Source: an uncultured bacterium
Lineage (GTDB): Bacteria; Babelota; Babeliae; Babelales; Babelaceae
Length of the DNA stretch: 64,000 bases
Assembly (NCBI GenBank): GCA_963713855.1
Contig: OY970209.1
Coordinates: forward strand, 193,071-257,070
Reading direction: 5' to 3'
Shown here: in pieces, positions 37,793 through 46,682 of the stretch
How positions within the stretch are numbered: position 1 is the stretch's first letter
How the letters are laid out: the number at the start of each line of letters is the position of its first letter
Translations under genes and position numbers: made by a program
The notes under the pieces: generated by a model
What the model was told of the DNA's origin: nothing
Databases searched by the model: none
Seen by the model: only the letters and a program-made list of their open reading frames with translations

Positions 37793-38717
37793 GTTTTCTC
37801 TCTTCTTTTTTTAAAACAAGTGCATGTCCACCAAAAGCCTGACGCAGTAAAGCAACTAGCTTTGTAGCATAATTTCCTCCCGTATCTCGAGACCAAGCCC
37901 TTATACGAAGAGCCTCTTCTATTAGAGGAACAGGTATGCCCTTGTCCTTAGCTTCATCTACAGTCCACTTTCCCGTTCCACTCTCTTGAATACTGCCGGT
38001 AATCTTCTCCAAATCAGGACTTTGTCTAAAAATCGTATGTGCTAGCTCCAAGATCCAAGAACGTATAATACTTCCATGGTTCCATAAGCTGCTTATGCGT
38101 GTAAGGTCTAAGTTCTTGTAAAAACCATCTTTTAAAAGGTAAAACCCTTCAGAGTATGCTTCCAAAACAGCATACTCTATGCCGTTATGAATCATTTTCA
38201 CGTAGTGTCCAGCACCTGACGGTCCAACATGTGCATAGCCATCGGGCGCTGCGAGTGCTTTAAAAAAAGGTATGCACTGCTCATAAGCTTTTGCATCTCC
38301 ACCAACCATAAGGCAGAATCCTACAGTTCTTCCCTGTAATCCTCCCGATGTTCCACAATCAAGAAAACAGACTCCGCGTTCTTTTAAGGCGTGCGATCGA
38401 CGTAATGTGTCTTTAAAAAAACTATTACCACCATCAATGATGATGCCCCCTTTTGAAAGAAACGGTGTAAGTTCGCGTAGCACGTCATCTACCACTTGAC
38501 CTGCCGGCACCATGAGCCAAAAGACATCAGCATTTTGAGCAACGATTTCGAGCGAATCAACTTTCTTCCATATCCCCTTCTCATGCTCACCCGACAACGT
38601 TATATCAAGAGTCTGCGGTGGATAACGGTCATAGCCAATTACATCAAATCCATGAGCTAAAAGCCGTGCGGCTATTGATTGGCCCATGCGTCCAAGTCCG
38701 ATAAGACCTATTTTCAT
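37782..38717 (-). CDS. gnd: 6-phosphogluconate dehydrogenase (decarboxylating), short Gnd-like/YqeC type
   Basis: 311 aa. N-terminal Rossmann GLIGLGRMGQSIAARL. Typical short-form 6PGDH length. Start overlaps the zwf stop (ATGA). Confidence 0.75.
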   Translation of the reverse strand: MKIGLIGLGRMGQSIAARLLAHGFDVIGYDRYPPQTLDITLSGEHEKGIWKKVDSLEIVAQNADVFWLMVPAGQVVDDVLRELTPFLSKGGIIIDGGNSFFKDTLRRSHALKERGVCFLDCGTSGGLQGRTVGFCLMVGGDAKAYEQCIPFFKALAAPDGYAHVGPSGAGHYVKMIHNGIEYAVLEAYSEGFYLLKDGFYKNLDLTRISSLWNHGSIIRSWILELAHTIFRQSPDLEKITGSIQESGTGKWTVDEAKDKGIPVPLIEEALRIRAWSRDTGGNYATKLVALLRQAFGGHALVLKKEERKHDS

Positions 38718-40075
38718 AAATTTCTTTCATGCATAAGTTTGCAAGCTTCTTTGGGGCCGCAAGACCCTTGTTTATAGGTAAAAAGAGGTAAATTCATGCT
38801 TTTAATTCTTTCAATAATACTCCATTGATATTCAATTTCATCAAATCTCACGGAAATCGTATGTTGGCCATTCATAATTTCTTTTAAAAGTATTTCATAG
38901 GCCTCTGGACTTTTTGGCCCGAAGACTGAAGCAAGATCGATAGTAGAAAGCTCGTTTTGAGTGCCAGGTTTTTTAATATTAAGCTGCAAAGAAACTTCCT
39001 CTTGAGGCATAATTCGTATCGTGAGCACGTTTGGCTCACACATACCCTGAGTGCTCCAAGGGCAATAAGCAATGGCTTTCAACATAATACGTACTTCGGT
39101 CGTTTTATGGTTAAGGGCTTTTCCCGATTCAATATAAAAAGGAACACCATGCCAAAGTGGATGATCAATAAAGAGCTTAAGAGCTGCGTACGTCTCAGTT
39201 TTCGATTCTTGCTTTACCCCTTGCTCTTTTTGATATCCCTCGTACTGCCCAAGAATACCATCGACGACGTTGATACTCCTTAAAACGTCCGCTTTTTTGT
39301 CACGAATAGCTTCGGGACTTACAGAAGCTGGCATATCCATCGCCACCAAAGAAAGAATCTGTAAAACATGATTTTGCACAACATCTTTCAAGACACCGTA
39401 CCGGTCAAAAAACTCTCCGCGTCCCTCAATCCCAATAGACTCATAAAAACATATTTTGACAGCATCAACAAATGTATTATTCCATATCGCTTTAAAAAGA
39501 GTATTAGCGTATCGTAAAGGCACAATAGAGCTTACAAGCCCTCTCGCTAAATAATGATCAATACGATACACCTGCTTTTCTGACAATGTGCGTTGTATGC
39601 ATGCATTAATAGACATGGCCGACTGCAAATCCCAACCAAAAGGTTTTTCGTACACTATTCGATATGCCATATCATGGGGCATAAGAGCACCAACAGCAAC
39701 AAGTTGTTCGGTAATAGAACAAAAGTAGTCTGCAGCAGTCGCTAAGTAAAAAAGACGAGGTTTTTCTTGTAAACCCTTCTCTTTTTGCGCATGGCGCAGC
39801 CTTTCTTCAAGAATCCCAAAATGTTCGAGTTTTGCAAAATCTACAATTGTATAAGCAAGTAGTTCTTTAAACCGACGCCAAACATCTTCTTTAAAGTCCT
39901 TTATGAAAGGACGAGCACGTTCACAGATAGCATCAACGGTGACATCTTCGCGCCCAGTGCCCATGATAAGTCCAATTGGATTACCCTGCTCAAAAAGAGC
40001 ATACAAGGCCGGTAAAATTTTTCTTTTACTAAGGTCTCCCGTTATGCCAAGAATAACGATGGTCCACTTATCCAT
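38714..40075 (-). CDS. zwf: Glucose-6-phosphate 1-dehydrogenase
   Basis: 453 aa. ILGITGDLSKRKILPALY (NADP site), RIDHYLARG (RIDHYLGKE-like), EKPFG. Confidence 0.88.
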   Translation of the reverse strand: MDKWTIVILGITGDLSKRKILPALYALFEQGNPIGLIMGTGREDVTVDAICERARPFIKDFKEDVWRRFKELLAYTIVDFAKLEHFGILEERLRHAQKEKGLQEKPRLFYLATAADYFCSITEQLVAVGALMPHDMAYRIVYEKPFGWDLQSAMSINACIQRTLSEKQVYRIDHYLARGLVSSIVPLRYANTLFKAIWNNTFVDAVKICFYESIGIEGRGEFFDRYGVLKDVVQNHVLQILSLVAMDMPASVSPEAIRDKKADVLRSINVVDGILGQYEGYQKEQGVKQESKTETYAALKLFIDHPLWHGVPFYIESGKALNHKTTEVRIMLKAIAYCPWSTQGMCEPNVLTIRIMPQEEVSLQLNIKKPGTQNELSTIDLASVFGPKSPEAYEILLKEIMNGQHTISVRFDEIEYQWSIIERIKSMNLPLFTYKQGSCGPKEACKLMHERNL

Positions 40076-40308
40076 AAAGCGTTAGCCTTACATGAAATAT
40101 TGCCATCATAGTATATAAGAAAGAAATTGAAAAATCACAAAGCTCATATATCGCTCATTGAATTCAGAAAAATGTAAAAAAGCAAAGACACCAATAGTGC
40201 TTATTCATCAAGCTTTAATACTAACGAACAGGCTTAAAGCATGTGATAGCTTAAGATCAAAAAGCAGAAATTGTCAACAAAAAAAGTTGCTTATAAAAAA
40301 GCTCTTTT

Positions 40309-41496
40309 TTAGAGTTCTTGCTTTTGAGAATGTTGCTCAAAAGATCTATAAAAGAACTTTGCAATAAGCTCATTCGTCAAAAAAACATTCTGCCCTTTTT
40401 CTAAAGTAAAAATACCACGAGAGTTAAACATGGAGTGAGAATCTAAAACTACTGTATATCCTTCACCGATAAGAATTTCTTGTATTGTATGTATGAGCGA
40501 TGATTCTGAGGCACAAAAAACTGTCTGCGCACGCGAAAGATCCAAGATATGTTCAAGAGCATAATAGGCTGCCATCTGATTTGGATAAGCAATCTGAGCG
40601 AATAGGTTATGTGATTCGGTAAATGCTTCTTTAAGCACTCCTGAACGGATGTATCTATAAGTAAGGTCAATCATCAATCCTTGTACTGTCAGAATTGGAG
40701 CGCCCTGTTCTTTTAGGGTGCGGTCAAACTCATTGAGACCATCACTTAATGAATGGAACCTGCGTTTAGATTCACTTTCTATAAAGTTAATAAGGTTTTC
40801 GATAGTTATTTTTTGCTTTTTATTTTTGAGAAGCTTAGAGTCTCTGCGAAGTACACGCACAAAGTCGTTCAATTGAGCTTCTATTTTTTCTAAAAATTCT
40901 TGAAGCTTAAAACCTTTGTCACGAGCATATCGGACACAGTTACTATGTACTTGGCGCAATGTAGAATCAAACACACTATCATATCCCTTTAAAGAGGAAA
41001 GGCTAGCTTCAAGCTCAGTGATAGTTCTGCTTATATAATAAACATCACTTTTACCTTCAGCACGTTTTCCCAGCGCTTGCAAAGGCTTTGTAATATCTTT
41101 TTGCCTTAACTGAGCTTTGATTATCTGCTCATTTTCCTCCAAACACTCCGCCTCACCCTGCACTAAACATTGACAAAAATGAAGGGGAGCGAAAGCTTTA
41201 GCATACAAGCCATCATAAGGATATCTCGAATCTAAAAGAAATTTTTTTCCGCCATACGTTTTTACCTGATCAAACCAGTAAAAAAGCTCATCAGCATCTT
41301 GAGACGCCTCGTAAGTCTTTTCTTCCAAGGCGTTAGCATTAAGCTCTTGGCATACAGGACCATCAACGCTTATAAGATAGACTTGTTGCAGCCCTTTCAA
41401 TAGGGACTTCTTTTCGAGCATGACGATGCGCGCTACACCAGCATTTAATGAGGCACAAAAAATAAACGATACAATGATGCTAAACCTAAGATACAT
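40309..41496 (-). CDS. Secreted hypothetical protein, paralog family B copy 2
   Basis: 395 aa. Signal peptide; N-terminal VMLEKKSLLKG and C-terminal HTIQEILIGEGYTVVLDSHSM conserved with the 27132-28340 protein. Confidence 0.5.
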   Translation of the reverse strand: MYLRFSIIVSFIFCASLNAGVARIVMLEKKSLLKGLQQVYLISVDGPVCQELNANALEEKTYEASQDADELFYWFDQVKTYGGKKFLLDSRYPYDGLYAKAFAPLHFCQCLVQGEAECLEENEQIIKAQLRQKDITKPLQALGKRAEGKSDVYYISRTITELEASLSSLKGYDSVFDSTLRQVHSNCVRYARDKGFKLQEFLEKIEAQLNDFVRVLRRDSKLLKNKKQKITIENLINFIESESKRRFHSLSDGLNEFDRTLKEQGAPILTVQGLMIDLTYRYIRSGVLKEAFTESHNLFAQIAYPNQMAAYYALEHILDLSRAQTVFCASESSLIHTIQEILIGEGYTVVLDSHSMFNSRGIFTLEKGQNVFLTNELIAKFFYRSFEQHSQKQEL

Positions 41497-41600
41497 GGCA
41501 ATCCCAATCTATAAGATACTTAAAAATGTAAGTATAGCACGCATCTTTCTACACTAAAATCCTTATAGAGTGCTTAAAAAGCAAGGCTAGGAGAAATATG

Positions 41601-41835
41601 CGCCTACGCGGCGAGCGCAAGGGCCATTCGCCCTTGACCCAGGCTTTATGACCTTGCCCCACACCCTTCTTAAACTTTTTACGGTTGTTTATATATACCG
41701 GAAAGGGAATCCCTTTCCGGTAATATGCGTAATGAGATAGACCGGGTACCGGTCTTATCTCATACACAATAAGCATGTAACACGCATAACAAGCAACAGG
41801 TGCAGGACAATGTCCTGCCGCTCGCCGCGTAGGCG
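41601..41835. repeat. 235-bp highly structured element bounded by perfect 17-bp inverted repeats (candidate ncRNA or MITE-like element)
   Basis: cgcctacgcggcgagcg (41601-41617) is the exact reverse complement of 41819-41835. At least four strong internal hairpins: 41618-41636, 41698-41720 (perfect 11-bp arms), 41734-41761, 41803-41817. Confidence 0.55.
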
Positions 41836-41984
41836 TATCATTACCTCATTGTTATTCGGGCACAGAACCCAGCTTTAAGGGACTTTATTCAAGGCAAAGT
41901 CAATGTAACTATTGTTTTTCAGCTATAAATATTAGTAATATTAATATATACATTATATATACAGTTAAACATTAGGGGTGCCAC

Positions 41985-42167
41985 ATGTGCAATAAGAAAC
42001 ACCATCACCATCATGACATGGAAAAAAACGGCGTAGAGCTTTTGCAAGAAGCAGTACATGTACTTAAGCACATCGAGCGCCATCTTGATCAAATCAGTGA
42101 CTGCGTTTCACGATGGGATGAAGAGGAAGAAGAGCTTTTGTGCCTTTGCGACGAAGAAGAAGACTAA
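41985..42167 (+). CDS. Small His-rich / acidic protein (possible metal-binding)
   Basis: 60 aa: MCNKKHHHHHDMEKNG...CVSRWDEEEEELLCLCDEEED. Stop is 2 nt before the next gene's start. Confidence 0.35.
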   Translation: MCNKKHHHHHDMEKNGVELLQEAVHVLKHIERHLDQISDCVSRWDEEEEELLCLCDEEED

Positions 42168-42169
42168 GT

Positions 42170-42796
42170 ATGCGTTCTAATGTAATTCTTTGCACTTACC
42201 TGCTTGCGGCCTTTTGCCAAGCACAGAGTGATCCTACCTGTGATATGACCGCATTGGCCTTATTAGAAAAAGATATTCCCGCTATTCCACAAGCGTTACA
42301 AGTGCTAGGCGACTGCTTTAATTACCTCGACTCAACTTCGTTTAAGCACACAAAAAACGATGGCACTTCGTATTGCACTACCGACCCGAAAGAGAGTCCT
42401 GAATTGCAGCTCGCTCATATGGAATCGCACCTTGCATCGATAGAGGCTGATCAAGGTAGCTATTGTTGCTCGGTCGAGGAATGTGCAGCTACATGCCCAC
42501 CAAGCAGCACAAAAAATACCTGTAATACTAATGATAGCTGTAAACCGCATGCGCCCGCTTTTATAAAAACGCTCGAAGTAAAACCTCGCATTCAAAATAT
42601 TGCCAATAGGCTTCAGGCCGTAAAGCCATTCGTTGATAATCCGGGCGAATCGCCATGTCCGTCAGGGCCTTCCTCAACAACTACGTCAAGCACACCACAA
42701 GGCCAACCAACGACCACCCAGCCTATAGAAGTTACCGGACTTGATGGCGCTACGCAACTACTCGCTCAAAAAAGATTCAGCCTTAAAAAACGATAA
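42170..42796 (+). CDS. Secreted Cys-rich protein with Ser/Thr/Pro-rich linker and basic C-terminus
   Basis: Start taken at MRSNVILCTYLLAAFCQAQS (the ORF allows 42140). About 12 Cys; low-complexity STTTSSTPQGQPTTTQP. Confidence 0.45.
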   Translation: MRSNVILCTYLLAAFCQAQSDPTCDMTALALLEKDIPAIPQALQVLGDCFNYLDSTSFKHTKNDGTSYCTTDPKESPELQLAHMESHLASIEADQGSYCCSVEECAATCPPSSTKNTCNTNDSCKPHAPAFIKTLEVKPRIQNIANRLQAVKPFVDNPGESPCPSGPSSTTTSSTPQGQPTTTQPIEVTGLDGATQLLAQKRFSLKKR

Positions 42797-42800
42797 GCCT

Positions 42801-43469
42801 CTAGACTGCTGGATGATTTTTAGTATCTCTCTTTATAACAACCCACAAGAATGCAGCGCTTATAAGTGCTGCAAAAAAGCACCAAACGGAAATGAAAAAA
42901 GCACGTCCCACGTATAAACTTGCTATACATGACAGAGCAAGAACAACTCCAAAATAGTTAAGAACCCGATTGGAAGAAGCGATCAGTGAACCAACGGTAA
43001 CCAAAAAATACCAGGCTATAAGAACTTGAAAAGGAACCGCTCGACCTGTTACTGGTATTGTATATTCTATGTACATTCCTTGCGTGGATATATAGACACC
43101 GTAGGTCATAAGGTAATAAAGTAAAAAGCCTATAAGAGGTAAACTAGCCAATAAAAAGCCATTAATGATTTTTTTTCGCAGAGCATCCTTTTCATTCATG
43201 CCTACCGATAAGGGTATCCAAAATGGCCAAAACCCGAACGCAAAAATCAAAAAAATATACGTAAAAAATTCACTCCATTCACGAAGTTGTGTGTGAGTTC
43301 CCGAAAGCCATACCATGCCCTCGGAGCCTTGCTGAACCGCAAACAAAAGCAGAATTACTGCAAACATGCGTCCACCCAATGAACGCGCTTTGTAAAACGA
43401 TATGAGACCAATCGTCAAAAGAGAGACTGACGCAGCAAAACTAGCACCCGCACAAAAACACATATGCAC
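42801..43469 (-). CDS. Hypothetical polytopic membrane protein
   Basis: 222 aa, about 6 predicted TM helices. Confidence 0.45.
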   Translation of the reverse strand: MHMCFCAGASFAASVSLLTIGLISFYKARSLGGRMFAVILLLFAVQQGSEGMVWLSGTHTQLREWSEFFTYIFLIFAFGFWPFWIPLSVGMNEKDALRKKIINGFLLASLPLIGFLLYYLMTYGVYISTQGMYIEYTIPVTGRAVPFQVLIAWYFLVTVGSLIASSNRVLNYFGVVLALSCIASLYVGRAFFISVWCFFAALISAAFLWVVIKRDTKNHPAV

Positions 43470-43599
43470 CTCTTAAGCTCATAACATATTAGCAGTAGAC
43501 TGGCTCGAGTGCAAATAACGGCTAGTAGCTAACTATTGATAATGTATCAAATTGCTATACTATTAAGAAGAAGTCGTTGCTTCTTATAAGGATTTTTTA

Positions 43600-44154
43600 A
43601 TGAAAAAATTACTTGTAGTCATTTTTTTTATGACTTGTACAAGTACGAAAACGCACAGTGAACATGACATTACTAGTAATGTCTTCAAAAAGACCGCCCC
43701 CATTCAAGAGCACAAAGCTTGTAAATGTCATATAGTAGACATTAAACACCTTTGCGAAAGACAAGAAGAAGTCTTATATCTTATTCAAAAAAGGTACCAG
43801 GAAGCCAAACACGTTACAACCCAGTATTACTTTTACTATCTTGGAAATGCCATTTTACTTTCCATCGTGCTGGGCATTTTTTGTTTTATTGTATATAAGT
43901 TCCCCTCTGAATATAACTCGGCTTTATGGCCTGTAACGCATGATGGATATAATCAAAAATTGACCTCATTTTTAAAAACCATAGACTTCTTCGAAGCTTT
44001 CTTAGCAACGACTATCACGATTGACTCTCTATGGCTTATGTGTCTCGACTTAAAAGATGCATCAATTAAAGCCAATCTTAAAAAGCTCAAAGATGAGCAC
44101 AACATTCTTGATAATGAAATTGAAAAAACAGTAACTCACAAGGAAACTCCGTGA
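43600..44154 (+). CDS. Small membrane protein, tandem paralog family C copy 1
   Basis: 184 aa. Signal-like N-terminus, central hydrophobic segment, C-terminal coiled-coil LKKLKDEHNILDNEIEK. Confidence 0.45.
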   Translation: MKKLLVVIFFMTCTSTKTHSEHDITSNVFKKTAPIQEHKACKCHIVDIKHLCERQEEVLYLIQKRYQEAKHVTTQYYFYYLGNAILLSIVLGIFCFIVYKFPSEYNSALWPVTHDGYNQKLTSFLKTIDFFEAFLATTITIDSLWLMCLDLKDASIKANLKKLKDEHNILDNEIEKTVTHKETP

Positions 44155-44792
44155 AAAAAACGTACATAGCCCTTATTCTCTTTGTATTCGCTTTAAACCT
44201 TGAAGCTGAAAATCTAGAAGAGTACCGTCCGAACAGCAATGCGAATCTAAAAACCCCCTCAATCCAACATAAAGCTAGCTTAATTGAGACCTTAAAAGAC
44301 AATCCAAGCATTTCAAATGAACATTTAACCGAAATCTTGCAAAAAAGACAGGATAATATTGCACATCATTACAAAGAAGCGTATACGCTGAGCCAAAAAG
44401 TGCACAACCAATTCATGTACCTTATAATTGCTATTTCTGCGATAGGGATAGCTAACTTTGCCAATATGTGTTATGTGATAGGAAGGCGTCTTAACCATTA
44501 TAAAAGGCAAAACGTCCTTATTACAAAGCACCCACATTCTCCTTTTATTGGCCTATTGGAAGCGGAACGAAAAACGAACAATGTGGTAGATTATGTTTCC
44601 GCTGTGATTTTAATAGCTTTCGTTGCTACTGCTGCCTGGGGCGGATATCTTTATAGCACGCTATCAGCAATCGATTCTGATAAGCAAAAGTTGAACGAAG
44701 AGCATGTTTTCCTCGCTGAGGAAATTAGACTACTGCAAGACGAAAAACAAGGATCAAAAAGCTCCGTTTTAGAATCGAAGGTTAACGGATAA
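44151..44792 (+). CDS. Small membrane protein, tandem paralog family C copy 2
   Basis: 213 aa. LNLEAEN, LIETLKD, SNEHLTEILQKRQDNI and C-terminal EEHVFLAEEIRLLQDEKQ conserved with copy 3. Start overlaps copy 1's stop. Confidence 0.5.
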   Translation: MKKTYIALILFVFALNLEAENLEEYRPNSNANLKTPSIQHKASLIETLKDNPSISNEHLTEILQKRQDNIAHHYKEAYTLSQKVHNQFMYLIIAISAIGIANFANMCYVIGRRLNHYKRQNVLITKHPHSPFIGLLEAERKTNNVVDYVSAVILIAFVATAAWGGYLYSTLSAIDSDKQKLNEEHVFLAEEIRLLQDEKQGSKSSVLESKVNG

Positions 44793-44879
44793 TCAATTAC
44801 GCGATGCTCAAAGATTTTTTGAAAATTTATTAAGTTGCTATAGCCTAAAACTGTTCATCACTCAAACAAAGGATTTTAC

Positions 44880-45518
44880 ATGAAAAAATTGCTTATACCT
44901 CTTGTTATGATCACCATCAGTTTAAGTCTTGAGGCTCAAACTAAAGATATAAGCTTTGACAGCGATGAGATTGCTTTAGCCCAAGAACGCCAGGCTCGCT
45001 TAATTGAAATCTTAAAAGACGTGCCTGTAGATGCAAAGGTCTCAGATGAGCACATGATTGAAATCATAAAACAAAAACAGGACGAGATTTCAAAGCTCTA
45101 TAAAGACGATTATGAGACATATCAGAATTTATCCCAACAAGACTATTATCACACTTTTATTGGCGGTGGTTTAATTTCGGGGGTTTTTGCTCTTCTCCTA
45201 TATCAATTGAATAAATATCGAGCTATCGGTAAAACACGTCAAGATTTTTTTGGTGAGCACACTCCTGAGTGTACAGTATCGTTTCAAGATGTTACTAAAC
45301 TATTGCTTCAAGAAGATAAAAATTTAGGAGGCATAAATAACGCTTCCGTCTTAACGGTGCTTACCTCTGCTATTTATTACTTTTGGACACTGTACCTATC
45401 AAACCGCCTTACAAAAACCAACGTTAATATGCAAGACCTAAAAGATGAATATGCTTTCCTCGAGGATGAGATTGAAATTCTAAAAAATGAAAATTGTAGT
45501 CCTAAAAGTAAAACATAG
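44880..45518 (+). CDS. Small membrane protein, tandem paralog family C copy 3
   Basis: 212 aa. SLEAQT, LIEILKD, SDEHMIEIIKQKQDEI, C-terminal DEYAFLEDEIEILKNE. Confidence 0.5.
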   Translation: MKKLLIPLVMITISLSLEAQTKDISFDSDEIALAQERQARLIEILKDVPVDAKVSDEHMIEIIKQKQDEISKLYKDDYETYQNLSQQDYYHTFIGGGLISGVFALLLYQLNKYRAIGKTRQDFFGEHTPECTVSFQDVTKLLLQEDKNLGGINNASVLTVLTSAIYYFWTLYLSNRLTKTNVNMQDLKDEYAFLEDEIEILKNENCSPKSKT

Positions 45519-45594
45519 AAGCTAGAATGCTCGACAGATAAAAAGGGCCATTTTTTAGCAACTCTTTATTGAGCTGGTCCCATACCACAAAAAT

Positions 45595-45631
45595 AAAAGG
45601 GGGAGAGTTTAAAACTCTCCCCCTTTTTAGC
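45595..45631. terminator. Bidirectional rho-independent terminator between family C copy 3 and nrdB
   Basis: aaaa gggggagagtt taaa aactctccccc tttttag: 11-bp perfect stem flanked by an A-run and a T-run. Confidence 0.7.
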
Positions 45632-45649
45632 ACATCGATTAAAGCCACT

Positions 45650-46669
45650 TTACCATTCTAACTGACCACCTGTTTGGTACTCAGTTACATGTGTCTCAAA
45701 GAAGTTCTTTTCTTTAATAAGGTCAGTAGCTTGGCTCATCCAAGGAAATGGATTTTCTCTACCGTAAACTTTAGGAAGCCCTAAACGCTCTAGTCGGCGG
45801 TCCGCAATATATTCAACATACTCACCAAACTGACGTGGATGAAGCCCAAGTGTGCCTTGGGGACATGCATCATAAGCATATTTCTGCTCAAGCGTAACAG
45901 CGTGCTTAATAAGATCCACGATCTCTTTTTGAAAAGCAGGTGTCCACACTTCAGGATTTTCAGCAAGAATCGTATTAATAAGGTCACACCCAAATGCAAG
46001 ATGGATACTTTCATCGCGCATAATATATTCAAACTGCTGACCAATACCTATCATCTTGTTTTGGCGCTTTAAGGCAAGCATCATCGCAAATCCGGCGTAG
46101 AAAAAGATGCCTTCCATAATAACGTAATATCCGATAAGGTCGTGCACAAAGCGTCTAATATTTTCAGGACCGTTGGTGACAAACGTTGAGTCAAACAGTG
46201 CTTTTGTTAACTGCACCACAAATTCGTCTTTTTCTCGAATAGAGCCAATGGTCAGATACATCGTATAAATTTCTTCAGGATCCAACCCGAGCGAATCACA
46301 GCAGTAAATAAAGGTATCTGTATGTATTGCTTCTTCAAATGCCTGACGAAGCATATATTGTCGACACTCAGGGTTTGTAACATGCCTATATACGGCAAGG
46401 ACAATATTGTTTGCCGTTAAGGACTCAGCTGTTGCAAAAAAACCGAGATTCCACAAAATAAGACGGCGTTCAGCTTCCGTTAGCACGTTTGAGGCTTTCC
46501 ATTGCTCAACATCTAACTGCATTGAGATTTCTTCAGGAACCCAATTATTTGCTATACCATTTTTATAATGCTCGCGAGCCCAGGGATAGCGTAGGGGCAA
46601 AATTTTATTAGGGTCTATGCCTGAATCATTAATGATCCCGGTCTTTCTAGCGGAGGAAAAAGTACTCAT
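45650..46669 (-). CDS. nrdB: Ribonucleotide reductase small subunit (R2), class Ic-like
   Basis: Start set at MSTFSSARKTG (46669), 13 nt after the nrdA stop; the ORF allows 46777. Iron-site motif EEAIHTDTF: ExxH with Phe at the position of the class Ia radical Tyr. Confidence 0.85.
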   Translation of the reverse strand: MSTFSSARKTGIINDSGIDPNKILPLRYPWAREHYKNGIANNWVPEEISMQLDVEQWKASNVLTEAERRLILWNLGFFATAESLTANNIVLAVYRHVTNPECRQYMLRQAFEEAIHTDTFIYCCDSLGLDPEEIYTMYLTIGSIREKDEFVVQLTKALFDSTFVTNGPENIRRFVHDLIGYYVIMEGIFFYAGFAMMLALKRQNKMIGIGQQFEYIMRDESIHLAFGCDLINTILAENPEVWTPAFQKEIVDLIKHAVTLEQKYAYDACPQGTLGLHPRQFGEYVEYIADRRLERLGLPKVYGRENPFPWMSQATDLIKEKNFFETHVTEYQTGGQLEW

Positions 46670-46682
46670 ATAAAATATCCTT

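Noticed and set aside
41549-41776. 75-aa minus-strand ORF
   Set aside because: Lies entirely inside the palindromic structured element. Its sequence is a consequence of the hairpins and has no coding character.
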